From: an uncultured Clostridium sp.
GTDB lineage: Bacteria; Bacillota; Clostridia; TANB77; CAG-508
Length of the DNA stretch: 64,000 nucleotides
NCBI GenBank assembly: GCA_964370905.1
Contig: CAYJKK010000004.1
Coordinates: forward strand, 38,289-102,288
Reading direction: 5' to 3'
Part shown: in pieces, positions 21,801-29,492 of the stretch
Layout: the number at the start of each line of letters is the position of its first letter
Position numbering within the stretch: the stretch's first letter is position 1
Made by a program: the position numbers and the translations under genes
The notes under the pieces: generated by a model
The model's input: the letters and a program-made list of their open reading frames with translations, nothing else
What the model was told of the DNA's origin: nothing
Database searches by the model: none

Positions 21801-21860
21801 GATAAAGTTAAATATGATGTAATAAATAACTATGAAACATTGATTAATATAGTAACATAG
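18807..21860 (+). CDS. res: Type III restriction enzyme Res subunit (helicase plus C-terminal PD-(D/E)xK nuclease)
   Basis: Walker [11 protein letters not shown], motif II IIDEPQKF, ALREGWDNPNIF, QEIGRGLRI. Nuclease motif NPDWAIVF...IAETKG. TTG start with RBS AGGAGG. Confidence 0.85.
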   Translation: MKLKFKKQQYQEDAVMSVVNCFAGQKKGNRKDLIARYTKVTGVGFLEEKEDVEVVAFGNKQIELLESERRLNIREVQRVNDINYTDSASLNDFTIEMETGTGKTFTYIKTMYELNKHYGWNKFIVMVPSIAIREGVQKSFEITKDYFQEIYHKKIRFFVYNSSNSSNIANINTFASDDSVQVMIINYQAFNAKSSSNRRIYEELDELQSRRPIDVIKSVRPILIIDEPQKFGDKTEELFKEFNPLIKIRYSATHKKGKEYNKVYRLDAIDAYNQKLVKKINVKGIEVLNNKSEDTYMFLESVDISQKSDPVAKMEIEVKSQTGVTRKLMKIKAGDDLYTKSGGLTPYKGYVVSEVDARYEAYDKVFFTNGKEISSGQAIGDVDEEYIVRIQIRETIRTHLEKEKELFKQGIKVLSLFFINEVAKYKFYENGTALKGDYAKMFEEEYINAVNDFRSIIDEEYTKYLDSFDTGKIHSGYFSIDKKGQVVDSAINDKKEYLSFDEGAYDLIMKDKERLLSLSEQVRFIFSHSALREGWDNPNIFQICTLKHSNSEISKRQEIGRGLRICVNNDGDRMDYNTLENNFHIVNTLTVVASESYDSFAKSLQSEMSDSLTARPKNFVQENFIGKVLVNEEGHKYEFTAEHYQDFLFHNVECGYIDRKDNYKITDKFIDDMENNKLEIMEELQPFENEVHNLMLKLYSTNNTKLVSDERRENIKDLKPNSNFERKEFQELWDKINVKTMYEVSFDTNELIDKTINSINDKLTINKMKVRITEGNQKENISAVSVNSKESMVEAKTKVEVVDSFSSSQIKYDLIGELTKDTGLTRKTIIDILKNIKADKFEFFKYNPEEFLRKVSKIINEEKATTVIDGITYHKTDKKYSNDIFTINNVRAELGENAIDVKKHIYDFLVTDSNNEKEFAKKLETGEVTVYAKLPNGFKIPTPVGNYNPDWAIVFDNEDFKYIYFIAETKGSMKSMELREVEKAKIECAKKHFKAICNDKVKYDVINNYETLINIVT

Positions 21861-21901
21861 AAAATAATTAATAGTTTGAAATATCAACAATAGGAGGAAA
21901 T

Positions 21902-24223
21902 ATGATTAGAGAAAATTCTTTTGTACCAGTATATACTGATATACATATTCATACATCAGAAGATCCAGATAAATTAAATTCAAAATATAACATAGAAAAA
22001 CTTATTGCTAATATGAATAAAATTGCACAAAATTCTATAAAACTAATAAGTTTTACAGATCATAATGTAATAAATAAGAGTGTATATCTAAGTGAATTTC
22101 CAAATGATGTATATTTGGTTTTAGGTGTAGAACTTCATATTAGATTCGCTAAAGAAAAGGAGCCTTATCACTGTCATATGTTATTTGACTGTGAAATAAC
22201 TGAAAATACTATAGATGTAATTAATGACAAACTAAATAAATATTACCCAATAAAGCATATTAAAAACGAAGATAATATACCTTTTTTGCAAGATATAATA
22301 AATGAGTTTGATGATTATAATTACTTGATTTTACCTCATGGTGGACAAAACCATAAGACATTTAACTTAGCTATACCTAAGGGGAGCAAATTAAATAATG
22401 TTATGGAAAGAATGCTATACTATAATCAATTTGATGGATTTACCTCTAGATCACAAACTGGAACAAAGAAAACAATCGATTATTTTAAAAAATTAGGAAT
22501 AAATGAATTTACAAATTTATTAACCTGCAGTGATAATTATAAGCCAAATAGTTATCCTAATCCTAAAAGTGGTACTAAAACATTCATACCTACTTGGATA
22601 TTATCGGAACCTACATTTGAAGGTTTAAAAATAGCTTTATCTGAAAAATCCAGACTAATATACTCAAAGGAAAAACCAGAAATTTATGAAGAATATATAA
22701 AAGAGTATAAAATAAAAAATGATAAATTGAATATTGATGTAAAATTCCAACCTGGATTAAATGTAATAATTGGGGAGTCATCTAGTGGAAAAAGTTTATT
22801 AGTTGATACGTTGCTTAATTCAATTAAAGGAACAATTAAACAAAGCTCATATGCTAAGAAATTTGACTTTGCTAATTTGAATGTTAGTAATCCAGCTGGA
22901 TTCACACCGCATTATATAAATCAAAACTATATTATGGACATATCAAAAACTGAAAAAATAGAAGATATTCCTTTAATAAAAAAGATGTTTGGATCTAAAA
23001 CAGAGATAGAGATTAAGACAGATGAAAAGATACTAGAATTAAAAGAAACACTTGATTTTATAATTGATAAAGTTGAAAGTATTCAACAGTTACACTCTGA
23101 GTTTAAATCTTTATTAAGTATAAATAAAATTTTACTTAAAAAAACAAAAAATATAAATCCATTTAACACTATATTTCCAGATAATAGATTACTTGAAAAA
23201 ATGGATTTTAGTAAAACTACATATAACGAATTCTTGACAAAATTAGACGAAATAGATAAATTTGCTAAAAATAATATTTTTACTGATGATATAACAAATG
23301 AAATAGAAATTATTAAAGAAAAATTAAAGAATAGTTTCGAGTTAAATGTATTCCAAGAAATTATTTCTAATATAATCAGTGATAAACAAACTAAATTTTT
23401 AGAAATGTTAGAGCAACAAACAGACAAAGAAAAAATAAAAAAAGAAAATTATAACAAACTGATATATTTTATTAGTAAATATTTAGAAGAAATAGATGCG
23501 TTTGATAAGAAAATAAAAAAACTAAAAAAATATTCGTATAAAATAAACTCAGATAAAAAAGTTATTGCAAATCATAAACTATATGTATCTAATGAATTTA
23601 AGATTGATGATAAAGTTATATTAGAAAATTTAAATACATTCTTAATTAGAGATAAAGAAATCAAAGAATTTGACTCAATAACACCAGAAATGCTATTTTT
23701 GAATAATTATAATGGTAATTATAAAATTAAAAGCTATGATATTTTAAAAAACAAATTATTAGAGGCATTTACAAGTAATAATGTATATAAATATAAAATA
23801 ACTACTTCTGATAATAGAAATTGGTCTGACCTAAGTCCAGGATGGAAAACGGCTATTTTAACGGAATTAATTTTACAATATGATGGTGATCAGGCACCTT
23901 TAATTATAGATCAACCAGAGGATAATCTGGCTAATGGATACATCAATAATAAGTTAATTACAGACATTCAGAAAGCAAAAATAAGAAAGCAGATAATAAT
24001 AGTAACACATAATGCAACAATTCCAGTATTAGGTGATGCACAAAATATAATAGTATGTCAAACCAAAAATAATGTTTTAAATATTAACTCGGGATTATTG
24101 GAAGAAAAAATAGATGATAAATTTTCACTAGAGCATATTGCACAAATAGCTGATGGTGGAAAAAGCTCCATTAAAAAGAGATTTAAAAAATATAATATCA
24201 AGAAGTTCAGGGAGAGTGATTAA
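21902..24223 (+). CDS. PHP-domain phosphoesterase fused to an ABC/SMC-like ATPase (PplA-like defence protein candidate)
   Basis: PHP His motifs DIHIHT, FTDHN, LPHGGQNH. Walker A IIGESSSGKS. Coiled-coil middle region. Signature-like LSPGWK, Walker B LIIDQPEDNL, IIVTHNA. Confidence 0.7.
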   Translation: MIRENSFVPVYTDIHIHTSEDPDKLNSKYNIEKLIANMNKIAQNSIKLISFTDHNVINKSVYLSEFPNDVYLVLGVELHIRFAKEKEPYHCHMLFDCEITENTIDVINDKLNKYYPIKHIKNEDNIPFLQDIINEFDDYNYLILPHGGQNHKTFNLAIPKGSKLNNVMERMLYYNQFDGFTSRSQTGTKKTIDYFKKLGINEFTNLLTCSDNYKPNSYPNPKSGTKTFIPTWILSEPTFEGLKIALSEKSRLIYSKEKPEIYEEYIKEYKIKNDKLNIDVKFQPGLNVIIGESSSGKSLLVDTLLNSIKGTIKQSSYAKKFDFANLNVSNPAGFTPHYINQNYIMDISKTEKIEDIPLIKKMFGSKTEIEIKTDEKILELKETLDFIIDKVESIQQLHSEFKSLLSINKILLKKTKNINPFNTIFPDNRLLEKMDFSKTTYNEFLTKLDEIDKFAKNNIFTDDITNEIEIIKEKLKNSFELNVFQEIISNIISDKQTKFLEMLEQQTDKEKIKKENYNKLIYFISKYLEEIDAFDKKIKKLKKYSYKINSDKKVIANHKLYVSNEFKIDDKVILENLNTFLIRDKEIKEFDSITPEMLFLNNYNGNYKIKSYDILKNKLLEAFTSNNVYKYKITTSDNRNWSDLSPGWKTAILTELILQYDGDQAPLIIDQPEDNLANGYINNKLITDIQKAKIRKQIIIVTHNATIPVLGDAQNIIVCQTKNNVLNINSGLLEEKIDDKFSLEHIAQIADGGKSSIKKRFKKYNIKKFRESD

Positions 24224-24475
24224 ATGGAATATAAAGTAATTAAGAATAAGAATGAAATTGAATTTATTAAAGATGATGAAAAAAAATTAGATTATATAGA
24301 AATGGTAAGAGACCTATATAAAGGAAATAAAGTCGGATTTAATATACAAAAAAATTGTGGTATCTCTGAAGAAGAAACAGAGATGATACTTGAATTACAA
24401 AAAGAAATAAACATTTTAACAGTAAGTGATAAAAGAAAAAAGTTAATAAAGGATTTTGAAAGGAATAAAAGATAA
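24224..24475 (+). CDS. Small acidic protein (83 aa) translationally coupled to the PHP-ATPase
   Basis: The ATG immediately follows the TAA of the upstream gene. Confidence 0.5.
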   Translation: MEYKVIKNKNEIEFIKDDEKKLDYIEMVRDLYKGNKVGFNIQKNCGISEEETEMILELQKEINILTVSDKRKKLIKDFERNKR

Positions 24476-24498
24476 TTAACGTATATTATTGTAAAAAG

Positions 24499-24522
24499 TT
24501 AGCAAGAAATTGCTAATTTTTT
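24499..24522 (+). terminator. Intrinsic terminator closing the defence operon
   Basis: TTAGCAA-gaaa-TTGCTAA followed by TTTTTT. Confidence 0.7.
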
Positions 24523-24975
24523 CTTTTTAACGACAAATTTCGACACAAAAAAATAAAACAATATGATATAGTTTATAATAAATAAAGTTCAATACTTGGT
24601 GATAAAAGTATAGATATACCATTTAAAACAATATAAAAGATACAAATACAATAATAGTTATTGTATAGTAGGCAAAATAAGGAAAAGGGTCAGTGACTGC
24701 AATTATTCTTTTAATTAACAAAAGATAAATTAAGGCTTACTGACTCTTTTTGTGCAGTCACAAATTTAGTTTTGTGGAGGCGTATGTTGTTTGAAAAATG
24801 GTATGAAATTGATTTAGATATTCATTTTAGAAATAGAGATAAATTTACTAATTGTATTAGTGGCTTTATCTCTATTTTTTTATATTCAATTTATCATATT
24901 AATTTGAAAGTGATATATAGATGTAGAAGTCCACCAACTCCAATTATTTAGAAAAAAATGATTGGAGGATAAAAA

Positions 24976-25449
24976 ATGGACAAGATTCCTAAAAGAAGAA
25001 AAAGAAAAGATAATCCATATACCATTTTTAAAAATGGTGATACATATAAAATATCATTTAAAGATAATCAAGGTAGGATACAAAAAGTTGATATTACAAA
25101 AGAAATATATGAAGTATTTAATGAATTTGAACTTATGGATAAGTCTTTAATAAATGAAGAAGAGAGATATTTTGAAAGATTAGAGTTATCAGAAGAATTG
25201 ATACATAAAAGGGCATTTATTAACCCAATAGCATTATTAGATGAGGTAGTTCTTAAAGATACTTTAAATAAGTTAAAAATAGCTTTAAATAGTTTACCTG
25301 AAATTCAAAAAAAAAGAATTGAAATGTACTATTTTAACAGTATGACATTTCAACAAATTGCTCAAAAAGAAGGTTGTACTAAGAGAGCAGTTAAGTTTTC
25401 TATAGATTTAGGAATAGAAAAAATGAAAAAAATTTTAAAAAATTTATAA
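24976..25449 (+). CDS. Sigma-70 region-4-like HTH protein typical of conjugative-transposon regulation modules
   Basis: LPEIQKKRIEMYYFNSMTFQQIAQKEGCTKRAVKFSI. RBS GGAGGA. Confidence 0.65.
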   Translation: MDKIPKRRKRKDNPYTIFKNGDTYKISFKDNQGRIQKVDITKEIYEVFNEFELMDKSLINEEERYFERLELSEELIHKRAFINPIALLDEVVLKDTLNKLKIALNSLPEIQKKRIEMYYFNSMTFQQIAQKEGCTKRAVKFSIDLGIEKMKKILKNL

Positions 25450-25605
25450 TTCAGACTACACTTTTGGTGAATTAATGAGGAATAGTATGAGGAGATATAA
25501 AATATCAATTCAAATCTATTCCTTTTTTATTATAAGGAAAAATGTTCCTTGAAAATTTAATATACATTCATTAGATACATTTCATTATCATAAGCACATT
25601 AATAA

Positions 25606-25830
25606 CTACGCTTGCGACAATAGTTGATTAGAAATAATAGGTTGTCCCTATTACTGCGATGATTGATAATAGATAAAATAATAAGAACGATACTTCTGCC
25701 TAGCCACAGAAAGACGCAATGGGGGTAGCTTTGTGAAAACCACAAGGAGGTTTAGTAGACCTATGGAGTTATTTAACAAATAACCATCTAATGATTTCCG
25801 TGTACTAAGGGTTCGAGGAAAAATATAGTA
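25606..25830 (+). ncRNA. Candidate structured RNA or long leader upstream of mazF (family not recognised)
   Basis: No plausible ORF in any + frame. Visibly richer in G+C than its surroundings. Local hairpins TAATAGG-ttgtc-CCTATTA, CTTTGTG-aaaac-CACAAGG and GTACTA...TAGTAC. Confidence 0.25.
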
Positions 25831-25923
25831 CAAATATAAAATGATTAATAAAATAAATTAGATGTAGAAGGAATAGTTATAGATACTGTTCCTTCTATAT
25901 CAATAAAAAAGGAAGGAGCGAAT

Positions 25924-26283
25924 ATGGAGATATTAAAAGGAGATGTATATTATGCAATATTAGATCCAGTTGTAGGTTCAGAACAAGGTGGAAATAGACC
26001 AGTAGTTGTTGTTCAAAATAAATATGGAAATAAACATAGTACAACTGTATTGATTGCACCGATTACTAAAGATTCGCATCCTAAAAAGAATTTACCAACT
26101 CATATAGCAATAAAAAGAAATGATAAAATTAAACATAATTCTCTAATATTATTAGAACAAATCAGAGTTATTGATAAAAAGAGATTAGGTAATTATTTAA
26201 CAAAACTAGACAATGATATTATAGCAAGAATTGATAAAGCTATGCTTATATCACTTGGAATAGAAAATAGGAGGAAAATTTAA
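25924..26283 (+). CDS. mazF: MazF/PemK (EndoA-like) endoribonuclease toxin
   Basis: GDVYYAILDPVVGSEQGGNRPVVVVQN and LLEQIRVIDKKRL closely resemble B. subtilis EndoA. RBS GGAAGGAG. Confidence 0.85.
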   Translation: MEILKGDVYYAILDPVVGSEQGGNRPVVVVQNKYGNKHSTTVLIAPITKDSHPKKNLPTHIAIKRNDKIKHNSLILLEQIRVIDKKRLGNYLTKLDNDIIARIDKAMLISLGIENRRKI

Positions 26284-26468
26284 TGAAAATAAAAGAATAT
26301 TTAATAAAAGTTACATATATAAAAGAAACAGAATTTGTAGTTAAAGCTACAAATGTTAATAATGCAATATTAAAGGCAAAAAAATTTATTGAAATATATC
26401 CTTTAAATTGTGAAAATACACTATATATAAATAGGAAAAGAAGATATAAGGCAATAAAATTAAGTTAG
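26283..26468 (+). CDS. Small basic protein (61 aa) coupled to mazF via a TAATG overlap
   Basis: 1-nt stop/start overlap. No recognisable antitoxin motif. Confidence 0.45.
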   Translation: MKIKEYLIKVTYIKETEFVVKATNVNNAILKAKKFIEIYPLNCENTLYINRKRRYKAIKLS

Positions 26469-26520
26469 TTGTCAAATGTGAAAAATTAAAATTTTACACA
26501 ATGGTAATAGATATTCTGAA

Positions 26521-26552
26521 CTGCTAAAATTCAAGTTACATAGCAGTTCTTT
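26521..26552 (+). terminator. Intrinsic terminator
   Basis: CTGCTA-aaattcaagttaca-TAGCAG followed by ttcttttt. Confidence 0.5.
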
Positions 26553-26576
26553 TTGTGTAAAAAGAAAGGAATGTAT

Positions 26577-26786
26577 ATGGAAAATAAGATATGCGAAAGA
26601 TTTTATACTGTTAAAGATATAATAGTAATATTAAAAATAAGTAAAAGTAAAGCCTATAAATTTATTGAAGAAGCACAAAAAAATAATACTTACCCATTTA
26701 CAGTTGTTAATTTAGACGGAACATATAGAATAAATGCAAATGAATTTGAAAGTTGGATAAATGGGGGAATGATGAAGAATGTATAG
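26577..26786 (+). CDS. xis: Excisionase-type (MerR-like) HTH DNA-binding protein
   Basis: FYTVKDIIVILKISKSKAYKFIEEA. The RBS favours the ATG at 26577 over the TTG at 26553. Confidence 0.65.
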   Translation: MENKICERFYTVKDIIVILKISKSKAYKFIEEAQKNNTYPFTVVNLDGTYRINANEFESWINGGMMKNV

Positions 26787-26973
26787 GAAGAAAAACAAAA
26801 AATACATTATTAATATTGTATCTAAAGAAAAGATTGAAACATTTTGTATTAATGCAAAAAGTAAAAAAGAATCTTTGATAATAATAAAATATTTATTAAA
26901 TAGATGTAGTTATTTAGGCTATGCAAACAGAAAATATTATCTTTTTAGCACTAGGTTTAAAGGAGATTTATAA
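26779..26973 (+). CDS. Small basic hypothetical protein (64 aa)
   Basis: Overlaps xis by 8 nt and abuts the int start. Confidence 0.4.
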   Translation: MYRKKNKKYIINIVSKEKIETFCINAKSKKESLIIIKYLLNRCSYLGYANRKYYLFSTRFKGDL

Positions 26974-28167
26974 ATGGAAAAAATTAAAAATTACAAAGGT
27001 ACAATAGCTTTTTATTATAAAGGTTCTTGGTATCATAGGAAGAAAACAATCAATGAGTTTGGAAAAACTGTTTATTCAAGACTAGGGGGATTTGCTACTC
27101 CTGAAGAAGCTGAAGAAAGTTATTATAAATATTTAAAAATATTTGAAGATGAACAATCAAAAATAATATCACCGAAAGTAAATAAAGATATTCTATTAAA
27201 AGATTATCTAATATATTGGTATGAAAGTATATTAAAAGAAAGAGTAAAATCAACTACAAGTATGACAGTTTCGTATGCTATATATAAATTGATAATACCA
27301 AATCTGATGTATGATATAAAATTAACACATATTACAACAGAGTATATAAATGAGTTATTAGAAAGTATTAATAAATTAGGTACTTCTACTGCAAATAAAG
27401 CAAGAGAAATATTATTTCTAGCATTAAAAGAAGCGTGGCTTGAAAAATATATAACAACTAATCCAGTTGAAAAATCAAAAGAATATAGAAGAAACAATAA
27501 ACCTATTACTATATTAAAAGAAGATGAGATAAAAAAGATGTTAGAAGTAACATCCAAAGAAAATTGGTATTTAGAAATTTTATTAGCACTTTTCTGTGGT
27601 CTTCGTAAAGGGGAAATAATGGGCTTGAAATTTACAGATTTTGATTTTAAAAGAAATACAGTTACAATATCTAGGCAGGTAGCTACTAATTTCACAATGA
27701 AAGCTAATGAATTTAATATTAGTAATGCAAAAAGAATAGAAACAGAACCTAAAACTGAAAATAGTTATAGAACTTTAAAAGTTCCTAAAATGATTATGGT
27801 AGAAGTAACTAAAAGAAAAGAATATATGAAACAACAAAAATTAATTTTAAAAGATAATTTTATTGATAATGATTATATAACTTGTCAAAAAAATGGTAGT
27901 GCAAGAAGTGCAGGTTCATTAAATACATATTTACAAAAGTTATCGAAAAGATTAAATTTTTCTAATATAACAATACACGGTCTTAGACATATGTATGCAA
28001 CAATATTAATAGAACAAAATGTTGCATTACCTAAAATTTCTTCATTACTAGGACATAATTCAATTCATACAACCTATAACATTTATTGTGGTGTAATGAA
28101 TGATAATGATAGAATTCTTGCATTTATGAATAATAAATTTAATGTGAAGGAGGAAATAAATGAGTAA
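26974..28167 (+). CDS. int: Tyrosine recombinase/integrase 1 with an N-terminal arm-binding (AP2-like) domain
   Basis: LRKGEI (Arg I), HGLRHMYAT, LGHNSIHTTYNIY (catalytic Tyr). Confidence 0.85.
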   Translation: MEKIKNYKGTIAFYYKGSWYHRKKTINEFGKTVYSRLGGFATPEEAEESYYKYLKIFEDEQSKIISPKVNKDILLKDYLIYWYESILKERVKSTTSMTVSYAIYKLIIPNLMYDIKLTHITTEYINELLESINKLGTSTANKAREILFLALKEAWLEKYITTNPVEKSKEYRRNNKPITILKEDEIKKMLEVTSKENWYLEILLALFCGLRKGEIMGLKFTDFDFKRNTVTISRQVATNFTMKANEFNISNAKRIETEPKTENSYRTLKVPKMIMVEVTKRKEYMKQQKLILKDNFIDNDYITCQKNGSARSAGSLNTYLQKLSKRLNFSNITIHGLRHMYATILIEQNVALPKISSLLGHNSIHTTYNIYCGVMNDNDRILAFMNNKFNVKEEINE

Positions 28168-29455
28168 TAAAGAGTATATAGACTATAAAGTATATAATAT
28201 CACTAAAATAAAGAATAAGTATGGTTATAGAATAAAATTAGAATATTATGATGGAACTAGTAGTCTAATTCAAAAGTCAGGTTTTAAAACATTAAAAGAA
28301 GCTACAGAAAGCAAGAATAAATCAATTGCAGATTTGATAAATAAAACATTTATATTAAATGATAGTATTTCTATAAAAGATTTTTACACTAAGTGGTTAG
28401 AAGAGATTATGAGACCTAAAATTACAGCAGGTTCGTATGATTCATATAAAAATATAGTATATAATCATATTATACCGTATTTTAAAGGAATGAAATTAAC
28501 TACCTTAGACAAATCACATATCCAAAGATTATATAATTCTAAAGTAGAATACTCACTTAGTGTAACTAGGGGGATAAGTATTGTTATCCATACATCTTTA
28601 AATTATGCAGTAGAAAAAAATTATATAAAAGTAAATCCATCTCAAGGAATAAATTTACCTAAAAATATAAAGAAAAAAGAATATAGGAAAACAAATATTA
28701 ATTCAGCAGATACTTTAACTGAAGAACAAATACTAATATTACTTGAACATAGTAAAGGGACACTTATTTATCTACAAATAATGTTTGCTGTTTTAATGGG
28801 ATTAAGAAAAAGTGAAATAAATGGTCTAAAATATACAGATATTGATTTTGTAAGAAGAAAAATTCATATACAAAGACAATTAGGAGTTATGCCTAATACT
28901 AAGTTAGAAGATGTACCACTTGGAAAATATACAAAGCAAGAAATAAAGTGTAAAACATTTTCTAGTAATAGAATATTAAATATACCAGATATTTTATTTG
29001 AAGAAATATTAATAGAAAAAGCTAAATATGAAAAGCGCAAAAATAGAAGAAAGAATGACCAAACTAATACATTCTTCGATTTAAACTATATCATTTGCAG
29101 TTCAAATGGAAATCCTAGAAGTAAATCATTTCATTTTAAACATTGGAAGGAAATTCTAAAAAAAGCAAATTTACCTGATATGAAGTTCCACGATTTAAGA
29201 AAAACTTATTGTACTTTATTATTAAATAATAATTTCAATTCTAAAGCAGTATCTTCTTTAATGGGACATGCTACTGAAATAATAACTGTTGATGTATATG
29301 GTGATAAACAGCAACTTGTTAAAGATGGTACATTAGAATTAGAGCCATTTTTAGATAGAGTGTTACCTAAGAATACAGAAAATAATACTAATTTATCAAA
29401 CGATACAGAAATTAATAAAGTAATTAATGATATAACAGAATATTTTTTAAAATAA
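28160..29455 (+). CDS. Tyrosine recombinase/integrase 2
   Basis: LRKSEI, HDLRKTYCT, MGHATEIITVDVY. Overlaps int1 by 8 nt. Confidence 0.85.
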   Translation: MSNKEYIDYKVYNITKIKNKYGYRIKLEYYDGTSSLIQKSGFKTLKEATESKNKSIADLINKTFILNDSISIKDFYTKWLEEIMRPKITAGSYDSYKNIVYNHIIPYFKGMKLTTLDKSHIQRLYNSKVEYSLSVTRGISIVIHTSLNYAVEKNYIKVNPSQGINLPKNIKKKEYRKTNINSADTLTEEQILILLEHSKGTLIYLQIMFAVLMGLRKSEINGLKYTDIDFVRRKIHIQRQLGVMPNTKLEDVPLGKYTKQEIKCKTFSSNRILNIPDILFEEILIEKAKYEKRKNRRKNDQTNTFFDLNYIICSSNGNPRSKSFHFKHWKEILKKANLPDMKFHDLRKTYCTLLLNNNFNSKAVSSLMGHATEIITVDVYGDKQQLVKDGTLELEPFLDRVLPKNTENNTNLSNDTEINKVINDITEYFLK

Positions 29456-29467
29456 TATTCATAATAA

Positions 29468-29492
29468 GACAAGGTTTAGTGCCTTGTTTTTT
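29468..29492 (+). terminator. Intrinsic terminator after int2
   Basis: ACAAGG-tttagtg-CCTTGT followed by TTTTT. Confidence 0.7.

Noticed and set aside
24962-25150. 62-aa ORF in an alternative frame at the start of the sigma-like gene
   Set aside because: The overlapping 157-aa frame has the RBS and a recognisable sigma region-4 HTH.
25651-25833. Minus-strand 60-aa ORF inside the mazF upstream region
   Set aside because: No RBS, implausible composition, and opposite in orientation to every ICE gene in this region. Treated as non-coding (see the structured-region finding).
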